In this document: positions 1 to 7,561 of the stretch, one piece after another
How positions within the stretch are numbered: the stretch's first letter is position 1
Layout: every line of letters begins with the position of its first letter
Source: a bacterium
Lineage (GTDB): Bacteria; Armatimonadota; Chthonomonadetes; Chthonomonadales; Chthonomonadaceae
Length of the DNA: 36,485 bases
Direction: 5' to 3'
NCBI GenBank assembly: GCA_021805405.1
Contig: JAJZFK010000254.1
Coordinates: forward strand, 1-36,485
Notes under the pieces: generated by a model
What the model was told of the DNA's origin: nothing
What the model saw: only the letters and a program-made list of their open reading frames with translations
The model's database searches: none
Made by a program: the position numbers and the translations under genes

Positions 1-1
1 G

Positions 2-3000
2 CGAAACTTCCTCATCGGCTGTTCCGGCACAATTGCTGCCGCTTCGCTAGAGCCGCGCGCAGCATTTGCCGGACCATTTGAAACAAAGGAATTCGCGAAG
101 CTTATTCCGCCAGATAAACACCTCAACGCTAACTGGGTGAAGTCACTTACGACTCGCGGAGAACCAGAAGTTTACACTAAAGCCCGAAAAGAACTTCGAT
201 ACATAGGCATGCCCGTAGGTGGTCTCTTTACCGGAACGCTCTATCTTAGTGGTGACGGTAAGTTGTGGTATTGGGGTATTTTTAACCAGACGCAGCTTGG
301 CATATCACCTCGCACTGTAGATTGCACGGCCTTTGGAAAGTCGTTTCAGGTGAACACAACCGGTGGCGCAAACTACGCACACCCCCTGCAGGCGCAGTCG
401 CCAGTTCAACAGGGATTTGCAATAAAGATAGGCGACACCGTACGTAATCTCGATTCTACAGGATGGGAGAATATAAGCTTTCGAGGTGAATACCCGGTCG
501 GCACAGTGGACTACAGCGACCCCAACTCCCAGTTGAAAGCGCAACTGACGGCATTCTCGCCATTCTGTCCACTGGAAACCGCCGACTCCGCTCTTCCTCT
601 TACTGTTTGCGAATGGAAACTGACGAACCACAGCACGCATGACGTTGAGGCAGTATTTGGCGGTTGGCTTCAGAATGCCTGCTGTCTCTACAGCGGCATG
701 AATAATCTGGGCAACCGCCGCGCAGAGTGTACAACACTGGGCTCGGCGTCCGTAATCCACTACAGCATTGAGGCAGCGGCACCTCTCAACTCCCCACGGC
801 CTGATGTGGTAGTAGATGACTTTCAGCATCCCACGTACGCACCGTGGGTAACAACAGGAACAGCTTTTGGCACTGGCCCCATTCTTCGGTCTGACGCGCC
901 AGCCTACCAGGGCAATCTTGGCGGAGTTGGCGAGCGCGTAGTAAACAGCCACGCAACCGCTCCGGGTACTACCACCGAGGAACGCGACTCGGCGGTGGGA
1001 ACCCTTACCAGCCCGGCTTTTGTTGTCCAGCGCAACTTCCTTCAACTCTATGTTGGAGGCGGTTCCGATGCAGCTACCGAAGGTGTACGCATCCTGATAG
1101 GTGGCAAGCAGGTATTTCAGGCGTCTGGGGAAAACAACAACCTCATGCGGATGGTGACATTTCCCATGCATGCCTTCTTAGGCAAAGAGGCTGTTATAGA
1201 GATCTACGACCACGGCACTGGTGCGTGGGGAAATGTGGGTGTATCTCATATCGTTCAAACGGATCATCCTGGGAATATCGAAGGACTTCGCGCCGAACAC
1301 GATTACGGGACAATGGCGCTTGCACTACTACAGGGTGGTACCAGTAGGCCCAGTGATGAAACTGGAGCACTTTTTACTGGTCAAGCCGTTAAATCCGCCG
1401 TACAGGATGCCTCTGAGCCCATGGTAGGCTCCATTTCGCGCGAAATAAAATTAGCCCCAGGCGAAACTACACAGCTCACCTTCCTTATCGCATGGCACTT
1501 TCCCAACTGCAACGTTCCAACACCAGATGCTATTACTGGCCCCTGGTACGGCGAGCGTTTCTCTACGGCTGGTGAGGTTGTGGCATTTGCTGCAGCCAAT
1601 TATGAGAAATTAAAGCACAACACACTTTTATGGCGTGACACATGGTATGACTCTACGCTACCCTACTGGTTCCTGGATCGCACCTTTGCGACGGTATCTA
1701 CTCTGGCAACAAGTACCAGCCACAGGTTTGGCAGTGGCCGATTCTGGGCATGGGAGGGCGTTGGATGCTGTGAGGGTACCTGCACACATGTGTGGCAGTA
1801 TGCGCAGGCTGCGGCGCGGCTATTTCCAGACGTCGAGCGGCACACCCGCGAGTTCGTGGACTTTGGCGTTGCTTTTCAGCCACAAACGGGCATCATCGGT
1901 TACCGTGGGGAAGGAACAGGACCCGCGGTGGACGGCCAGGCGGGTCGAATTCTTGGTACCTATCGCGAATATACGATGACGTTGGATAAGGGCTTCCTGC
2001 AACGGATATGGTTGCGCCTGCGAAAGGCAATGGAATATTTAATTGGGCATGACAGCAACCAGGACGGGTTGCTAGACGGCCCACAGCCTAACACTCTAGA
2101 CGCAGATTGGTACGGGGAAATCGCATGGATAAGCGGGCTGTACTCTGCGGCATTAGCGGCGTGCCACGAAATGGCGCTCGTGGTTGGTGACGCAGTATTC
2201 GCTGCCCGCTGCTATAAACTATACGAGCAGTCGCGAGCTGCGATAGAGTCGCGCCTGTTTAACGGAGAGTACTTTATACAACTCCACGACCCGGCGCACT
2301 ACGGGATGTTGGGAACGTATGGTGGGTGCCACATAGACCAGGTGATGGGCCAGAGCTGGGCGTGGCAGGCTGGATTGGGGCGTGTGCTCGATCGCGCAAA
2401 AACGCTGTCCGCGCTTCACGCACTTTACAAGTACAACTTTGCCCCCGATGTGGGACCGTTTCGCCGCAAAAATACCGCGGGCCGACTCTATGCGCTTGCG
2501 GGAGATGGCGGACTCATCATGGCAACAAATCCGCAAGAAACAAAGGATGAATTTGGCGACGTAGGAGCCTGGCAGTACGGCTATTTTAACGAATGCATGT
2601 CTGGCTTTGAACATCAGGCGGCAAGCCACATGGTTGCAGAGGGTATGGTTGAGGAAGGCTTGGCAGTTACCCGTGCAATTCATGACAGATATCACCCTGC
2701 CAGCCGTAACCCGTACAACGAAGTGGAATGCAGCGATCACTACTCGCGCGCTATGGCAGCGTACGGCACGTTCATCTCGGCCTGCGGATATCTGCACAAC
2801 GCACAGCGCGGGCTCATTGGATTTAACCCTGCTTTAACACCGCACGATTTCAAGTGCCCTTTCACCAGTGCCGCTGGCTGGGGCACATACTCTCAAATGC
2901 ACGACAGCGCAAAGTTAACGGTGAAGGTAGAGTTAAAATACGGAAGGCTCGCAGTACATATAATCTCATTGGGCGGCGGGTACAACCACGCAGATGTAAC

Positions 3001-3121
3001 CATCGGCGGTAAAAAGTATTTGGCACAAGTCCATCAGGTGAGTGGCAGAAGTGAGGTAACCCTTACCGACGTTCACGAACTGCGACCTGGCACGGTGCTC
3101 ATTGCAGAACTAACGGCCTAA
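2..3121 (+). CDS. GH116-like glycoside hydrolase (DUF608 / GBA2-type beta-glucosidase fold), 5'-partial at window edge, with an inserted lectin-like beta-sandwich
   Basis: The frame of the track ORF (GTG 137) has no stop back to base 2. It reads RNFLIGCSGTIAAASLEPRAAFAGPFETKEFAKLIPPDKHLNANW, which looks like the end of a Tat/Sec signal, so the true start lies upstream of the window. GMPVGGLFTGTLYLSGDGKLWYWGIFN matches the GH116 N-terminal domain as I recall it. FWAWEGVGCCEGTCTHVWQYAQ matches the DUF608 catalytic domain. ORF residues ~225-385 (DDFQHPTYAPWVTTGTAFG...LYVGGGSD...ILIGGKQV...GAWGNVGVSHIVQTD) match a beta-sandwich module commonly attached to GH32-type enzymes. Confidence 0.75.
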   Translation, partial: RNFLIGCSGTIAAASLEPRAAFAGPFETKEFAKLIPPDKHLNANWVKSLTTRGEPEVYTKARKELRYIGMPVGGLFTGTLYLSGDGKLWYWGIFNQTQLGISPRTVDCTAFGKSFQVNTTGGANYAHPLQAQSPVQQGFAIKIGDTVRNLDSTGWENISFRGEYPVGTVDYSDPNSQLKAQLTAFSPFCPLETADSALPLTVCEWKLTNHSTHDVEAVFGGWLQNACCLYSGMNNLGNRRAECTTLGSASVIHYSIEAAAPLNSPRPDVVVDDFQHPTYAPWVTTGTAFGTGPILRSDAPAYQGNLGGVGERVVNSHATAPGTTTEERDSAVGTLTSPAFVVQRNFLQLYVGGGSDAATEGVRILIGGKQVFQASGENNNLMRMVTFPMHAFLGKEAVIEIYDHGTGAWGNVGVSHIVQTDHPGNIEGLRAEHDYGTMALALLQGGTSRPSDETGALFTGQAVKSAVQDASEPMVGSISREIKLAPGETTQLTFLIAWHFPNCNVPTPDAITGPWYGERFSTAGEVVAFAAANYEKLKHNTLLWRDTWYDSTLPYWFLDRTFATVSTLATSTSHRFGSGRFWAWEGVGCCEGTCTHVWQYAQAAARLFPDVERHTREFVDFGVAFQPQTGIIGYRGEGTGPAVDGQAGRILGTYREYTMTLDKGFLQRIWLRLRKAMEYLIGHDSNQDGLLDGPQPNTLDADWYGEIAWISGLYSAALAACHEMALVVGDAVFAARCYKLYEQSRAAIESRLFNGEYFIQLHDPAHYGMLGTYGGCHIDQVMGQSWAWQAGLGRVLDRAKTLSALHALYKYNFAPDVGPFRRKNTAGRLYALAGDGGLIMATNPQETKDEFGDVGAWQYGYFNECMSGFEHQAASHMVAEGMVEEGLAVTRAIHDRYHPASRNPYNEVECSDHYSRAMAAYGTFISACGYLHNAQRGLIGFNPALTPHDFKCPFTSAAGWGTYSQMHDSAKLTVKVELKYGRLAVHIISLGGGYNHADVTIGGKKYLAQVHQVSGRSEVTLTDVHELRPGTVLIAELTA

Positions 3122-3248
3122 TTTGTACATCCTGGTAACTTCGCAAAATAAAAATACGGCTGCCTGGTAGTCACCAATTGTACGTACTTCCAGCCACACC
3201 AGGCAACGGGAATAGTCTCAACCGTCCCTATGAACCAGTTTATCAAAC

Positions 3249-3277
3249 TTGCCAAGACCGTTCGCAGGTGCCATAAT
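3249..3277 (+). promoter_or_regulatory. Putative sigma-70 promoter of hisF
   Basis: TTGCCA (3249-3254), 17-nt spacer, CATAAT (3272-3277). It ends 34 nt upstream of the hisF GTG. An AGGAGA SD sits at 3298-3303, 8 nt before the GTG. Confidence 0.4.
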
Positions 3278-3311
3278 GCTAACGTAACCTTCGAAATAGG
3301 AGAAAAACTCC

Positions 3312-4109
3312 GTGCTGGCCAAACGCGTAATTCCGTGCCTTGATGTTAAAGGCGGCAGAGTGGTAAAGGGCGTAAACTTTCTCAATTTGCGCGATTCTGG
3401 CGACCCGGTGGAACTTGCTGCCCGGTACAACGCAATGGGTGCCGACGAGCTGGTTTTTCTGGATATCACAGCAAGTCATGAAGAACGCCGAACCATACTG
3501 GATATCGCTTCGAGGGTAGCGGAGCAGGTCTTCATCCCGTTTACGATTGGTGGCGGCATCCGCACCGTTGATGACTTTCGACAGGTGTTGCGAGCTGGCT
3601 CAGATAAGGTCGCAGTTAATACAGCTGCTGTGGAACGCCCTGCCATCATTACGGAAGCGGCCGCACAGTTTGGGTGCCAATGCGTGGTCGTAGCAATGGA
3701 TCCACGGTTGGTAGGTCACAATTCGGACGGAACACCACGGTGGGAAGTCTACACACATGGCGGTCGTAAGCCTAGCGGGCTCGACGCTATTGAGTGGGCA
3801 CAGCGTGCAGAAGCACTTGGCGCGGGTGAAATACTCCTTACCAGCATGGATAGGGACGGTACGCAGGAAGGCTTTGATATACCGCTCACGCAGGCAGTTT
3901 CTGATGCCGTCAGCATACCCGTTATAGCCTCCGGCGGTGCTGGCACTCCAAGGCATTGCGCGGATGCTATTACCGAAGGGCATGCAGATGCTGCACTCAT
4001 CGCGTCGATTGTGCACGACGGTATATACACGATTAATGACATTAAACTGGTGATGGCAGCGGCAGGAATATGTGTACGACCAGTACCACCCATACCCAAT
4101 GCTGCATGA
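3312..4109 (+). CDS. hisF: Imidazole glycerol phosphate synthase, cyclase subunit HisF
   Basis: GTG start preceded by an AGGAGA SD. The N-terminus [54 protein letters not shown] and the later SGGAG segment are canonical HisF. TGA stop. Confidence 0.97.
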   Translation: MLAKRVIPCLDVKGGRVVKGVNFLNLRDSGDPVELAARYNAMGADELVFLDITASHEERRTILDIASRVAEQVFIPFTIGGGIRTVDDFRQVLRAGSDKVAVNTAAVERPAIITEAAAQFGCQCVVVAMDPRLVGHNSDGTPRWEVYTHGGRKPSGLDAIEWAQRAEALGAGEILLTSMDRDGTQEGFDIPLTQAVSDAVSIPVIASGGAGTPRHCADAITEGHADAALIASIVHDGIYTINDIKLVMAAAGICVRPVPPIPNAA

Positions 4110-4139
4110 TTTTCACCACACAGTTTCAACGAGGATGCT

Positions 4140-4511
4140 ATGAAGATTCCAGATGGGCTGAAATTTGATGCGAATGGGTTAATACCCGCAGTTGTTCAGG
4201 ATGCCAATAACGGCGATGTACTCATGGTTGCCTACATGAACCACTCTGCTGTTGAAAACACTATTTCCACCGGAAGGGCGACGTTCTGGAGTAGGTCACG
4301 TCAGAAGTTCTGGATAAAAGGCGAAACCAGCGGAAACATTCAGAAAGTAATATCGCTGCACGTAGATTGCGACCAGGATTGCCTGCTGGTACGGGTTGAG
4401 CAGACAGGCGCGGCATGCCACGAAGGCTACAGATCCTGCTTCTTCCGTCAGGTCTCTGCCGATGGTGATGAGCTTTCGGTGAACGCCGAAAAACTGATGG
4501 AAGCCTATTAG
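4140..4511 (+). CDS. hisI: Phosphoribosyl-AMP cyclohydrolase HisI (monofunctional, no HisE domain)
   Basis: GLIPAVVQDANNGDVLMVAYMNHSAVENTISTGRATFWSRSRQKFWIKGETSGNIQKVISLHVDCDQDCLLVRVEQTGAACHEGYRSCFF is the HisI signature, including the Cys/His metal ligands. 123 aa, so there is no PRA-PH (HisE) half. A GAGGA SD precedes the ATG. Confidence 0.95.
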   Translation: MKIPDGLKFDANGLIPAVVQDANNGDVLMVAYMNHSAVENTISTGRATFWSRSRQKFWIKGETSGNIQKVISLHVDCDQDCLLVRVEQTGAACHEGYRSCFFRQVSADGDELSVNAEKLMEAY

Positions 4512-5167
4512 GCGAGTCCGGAAAGAACGGCCGGAAGGTCTTCCGGCCGTTCGCACAGAAACTCGGCGTCTGCCAACTCTTCCCTCGTTCCAAATCCCCA
4601 TAGTGCGCCCACTGCGCGAACCCCGTTGCAATGTGCCGCGCGCACGTCATGAACTCTGTCACCTACCATTATGCAGGATGAAGCGTTCAACGTTTCCGTG
4701 TGAAGTATGTGTGCTATCAGCTCGCCTTTGTCGTCAAATCTCCCGCTCAATTCACTGCCATAAATGGAAGTAAAGTTATGCATCAAGCCAAAATGTTTGA
4801 TGATCCTTATAGCGTAGGGATACGGCTTGGCAGTCACCAGCATAATACAGTACCCAGCTTCTACCAGGCTGCTCAGTACTTCGGGTACATCGTCGTACAG
4901 ACTGTTTTCAAAAAGCCCGATTGTCGAAAAGCGTTCCCGGTATAGCGATACTGCAGTCTCAATTTCGCTTTCATCGGTACTCTTAAGCAACGACCTAAAA
5001 GTCTGCCGCAGTGGTGGTCCAATTGCAAACCGAAGGTTCTCACGAATGGGTGCCTCCCGATTGAGAGTTCGCAACGCATGCTGTATGGATCGGGTGATTC
5101 CTAGTTCGGGATCGGATATTGTTCCGTCAAGATCAAAAAAGAGGTGTGTACCCGGCTCCGTCCGCAT
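4508..5167 (-). CDS. HAD-IA family hydrolase (phosphoglycolate phosphatase / sugar-phosphatase-like)
   Basis: Motif I FFDLDGTISD, motif II LVTAKP, motif IV MVGDRVHDVRAA. I place the start at ATG 5167 (MRTEPGTHLFFDLDGT), which puts DxD about 12 residues from the N-terminus as is usual for this family. The track's longer ORF (start 5257, 5 nt after the upstream stop) remains possible. Confidence 0.8.
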   Translation of the reverse strand: MRTEPGTHLFFDLDGTISDPELGITRSIQHALRTLNREAPIRENLRFAIGPPLRQTFRSLLKSTDESEIETAVSLYRERFSTIGLFENSLYDDVPEVLSSLVEAGYCIMLVTAKPYPYAIRIIKHFGLMHNFTSIYGSELSGRFDDKGELIAHILHTETLNASSCIMVGDRVHDVRAAHCNGVRAVGALWGFGTREELADAEFLCERPEDLPAVLSGLA

Positions 5168-5262
5168 CTTGGAGGTTGTTCCTTTAGTGGAAATGACTGC
5201 CGAGTAGCCGTTTAAGCGAGTCGGCAGCACAGTGAAATCGATACCGTCAGAATGCATGCCGA

Positions 5263-6144
5263 CTAGGAGTGGCAGGCAGATTGTGGCATCACCGGCGAGC
5301 CGTCCCGACCATCATGAGTGAGCCAGATGTTATCATTAGCGTGCTGTGTAATGTTGAAGTCCATTTTTGATACCGGCTCGGCTTTTACGTGACCGTCGCA
5401 AAATGCGAAGTTACTCATGTTGCTGTGGTAAGCGATATCGGGCGAAACGGTTGAATACCAAAACTTGGACTCATCGGCAGCGTTATCCCAGAAACCTTTT
5501 ACAAACATCCAGTCGCCGTCCTGATTCGTAGATCCTGCATAAACGCCGTCGCTGCTTACTTCCGGCATACCCTCAAATAGAAGGTCGGTATTCGATGGTT
5601 CAACGATTGCAGCTTCGGTGATTACATCGTCAGACGAGTGAAGGATGCCCTCTGGTGTGCCGCTGTACCAATTGGTGTACTGCCCGGGCAGTGAGTAGCA
5701 TGCATCCGGGTCATTAATGGTGACACGATGGTTGTAATTTGGGCCGCTGCTGCGTAGAAACTGGTTCATCGCGTAGGTGCGCACGTAGCCGTGGTAACCG
5801 AGGTTCGCGCCGCTGGGCGCGTCGGGCAGATCCGGGCACGCCCACACCGTGTTGCGGTTACCTCCGCCTGGGTGGTTCTTAATGTAGGGCTCAAGCGCAG
5901 AATTGCCGTTACTGTCTACATAAGCGTAATAGTACGGGGACATGTAAGTTTCATCGTAGTCCTGCGTGTACATGAGAAATGCAAGCGATATTTGCTGCAT
6001 GTTGCTAACGCAGGCAATCTGCCGGGCCTTCTCACGCGCCTGCGCGAACACAGGGAATAAGATTGCTGCCAATATCGCAATAATTGCGATTACTACCAAA
6101 AGTTCGATAAGTGTAAATGCTCTGTCCTGGTTGTCGCGGGTCAT
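5263..6144 (-). CDS. Prepilin-type N-terminal cleavage/methylation domain protein, DUF1559 (H-X9-DG) family
   Basis: [65 protein letters not shown] is a type IV pilin-like leader plus DUF1559 core. The C-terminal [15 protein letters not shown] is the H-X9-DG motif. ATG 6144 is preceded by AGGAGA 8 nt upstream. The track ORF start at 6231 is probably over-extended. Confidence 0.85.
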   Translation of the reverse strand: MTRDNQDRAFTLIELLVVIAIIAILAAILFPVFAQAREKARQIACVSNMQQISLAFLMYTQDYDETYMSPYYYAYVDSNGNSALEPYIKNHPGGGNRNTVWACPDLPDAPSGANLGYHGYVRTYAMNQFLRSSGPNYNHRVTINDPDACYSLPGQYTNWYSGTPEGILHSSDDVITEAAIVEPSNTDLLFEGMPEVSSDGVYAGSTNQDGDWMFVKGFWDNAADESKFWYSTVSPDIAYHSNMSNFAFCDGHVKAEPVSKMDFNITQHANDNIWLTHDGRDGSPVMPQSACHS

Positions 6145-6372
6145 TACTTGGATCTCCTGAATCACCATGATGCTAAATTTGGCAGCAGTATCTCCGCTGT
6201 CCATTAGAGTGCCAGCTTGTGGCAGGCGCACTGCATCTTTGCAACGATCACCCCTAACAGAACCATTATACCCACATGCGCGCGGTCCAAAACCGACGTT
6301 CTAGTGAAGTAACCACTACGATACAAGAAGTATAATTGAGTATGCAGGATAATTTTAGAGCGGGGGCATGCA

Positions 6373-7269
6373 ATGAGCACCGGTGTGGTTCTGTTTTCTC
6401 ACGGTTCCCTTTTATGCGGAAGTGAACAGGCTCTAAGGCGACATGCTGAACGGCTCAAGAGCTACAACGTGGCTGATATTGTAGAACCAGGCTTTCTCAA
6501 CTATAACAGCCCGTCATTCGCCGATGGGGTTGCAAGTGCCGTTGAGCAAGGAGCCACAAGGATCATTGTTGCGCCATATTTTCTCGCGCCAGGAAAATTT
6601 GTTACGTACGATTTACCACGTGCATTGCAGATTGAAGAGAGCCGCCATCCATCCGTGAAATTTGTGCTTGCCCAACCACTAGGTTTTGACGAACGTCTCG
6701 CCCTGGCGGTCACCCAAAGCGCAGAAGCGGCGGCTAGTCGAGAATACTGGCGACTAGATTTGGAAAGGGCACCCGCACACTGCCGGTATGAGGCCGCCTG
6801 TCCACTTTTCGAAACAGATGCCTGTAGTCGTGGATCAGAAAAGGCAGCCTCTAACGTACTTTATCAGGAGACAATCGATCCAGTTGGTGTTGAGGCTCTT
6901 CTCCTAATGATTCACGGCAGCCCTAGGGGAAATGCAAACGAAGCAGCGCTGCAAATTGCAGAGCTGCTTCGTGCGCAGGCACTATTCAATTGTGTAAAAG
7001 TCGGGTTTATGGAGTGTAATCAACCCGACATCCCAACCGCAATTCAAAGCTGTGTGCAATCTGGAGCAGATACGATTACCGCAGTACCCTATTTCTTGCA
7101 CACAGGAACTCATGTTGCCGATGACCTTCCTACTCTTTTAGAGGCCGGGGCAAACCAGTTCCCAACGGTTCGTTTTCGCATGGGTCGTTACCTGGGATGC
7201 TCACCAGCGCTCACTGATATCCTGCGCGATCGCATCCAAGACGCATTGGATGAGAACTCGTTCGTTTAG
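6373..7269 (+). CDS. cbiX: Two-domain CbiX/SirB-type sirohydrochlorin chelatase
   Basis: It consists of two tandem CbiX halves. The first is VVLFSHGSL...RIIVAPYFLAPGKFVTYDLP. The second is LLLMIHGSPRGNANEA...ITAVPYFLHTGTHVADDLP. The metal specificity (Co or Fe) cannot be told from sequence. Confidence 0.8.
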   Translation: MSTGVVLFSHGSLLCGSEQALRRHAERLKSYNVADIVEPGFLNYNSPSFADGVASAVEQGATRIIVAPYFLAPGKFVTYDLPRALQIEESRHPSVKFVLAQPLGFDERLALAVTQSAEAAASREYWRLDLERAPAHCRYEAACPLFETDACSRGSEKAASNVLYQETIDPVGVEALLLMIHGSPRGNANEAALQIAELLRAQALFNCVKVGFMECNQPDIPTAIQSCVQSGADTITAVPYFLHTGTHVADDLPTLLEAGANQFPTVRFRMGRYLGCSPALTDILRDRIQDALDENSFV

Positions 7270-7484
7270 CCCCACGCTGTTCGATGAGCGGCGCATGTGT
7301 CTTCATGTTCGTCTGTGCGGGTGCCAGGCGTAACAAATTCTCGCTCAATGTAGGCCTGGGCGCCTGCCCGGGCTTCCTCGTGGGTGTCTGCAGCAAAGAT
7401 TGAGCGGTCTCTGCCTCTAGCGTAAGCAATGTATCCATCTGCCCGACGTTCAACGATTATCTGCTCGTCTTTCATGATCGTCAT
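7266..7484 (-). CDS. Small hypothetical protein, possibly DUF2188-like
   Basis: 72-aa ORF with GAAGGGA just upstream of tandem ATGs. IIVERRADGYIAYARGRDRSIFAADTHEEARAGAQAYIE loosely fits the DUF2188 pattern (dG[WY]-x-[AV]...G...r...f.T..EA...A). Its 3' end overlaps the cbiX stop by 4 bp. Confidence 0.4.
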   Translation of the reverse strand: MTIMKDEQIIVERRADGYIAYARGRDRSIFAADTHEEARAGAQAYIEREFVTPGTRTDEHEDTCAAHRTAWG

Positions 7485-7561
7485 TTCCCTTCAGATGCCA
7501 CCTTGTAGGTTATAATCATTTATTCCACCAGAAATGCAACCACGGGGCAGGTACACATGCT

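Noticed and set aside
305-2797. Multiple 60-288-aa ORFs antisense to, or out of frame within, the GH116-like gene (for example 305-1171 and 2219-2797)
   Set aside because: They are fully embedded in a gene with strong family motifs. Their translations are Arg/Cys/Ala-rich with no motifs and no SDs. These are typical shadow ORFs.
3149-3215. Mutually exclusive hairpins (TGCCTGG...CCAGGCA versus GGCTG...CAGCC) upstream of hisF, considered as a histidine attenuator
   Set aside because: There is no leader peptide with His codons, no T-box features and no U-tract. The structure also lies upstream of the predicted hisF promoter. It is more likely a weak terminator for the GH116-like gene, or fortuitous.
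6145-6372. Possible cobalamin riboswitch in front of the CbiX-type chelatase gene
   Set aside because: I could not find the B12-box (AGYCMGGAGACCKGCC-like) or the conserved GGGAA / GCCACUG elements. The region looks like an ordinary divergent promoter, with TATAAT at 6331-6336.
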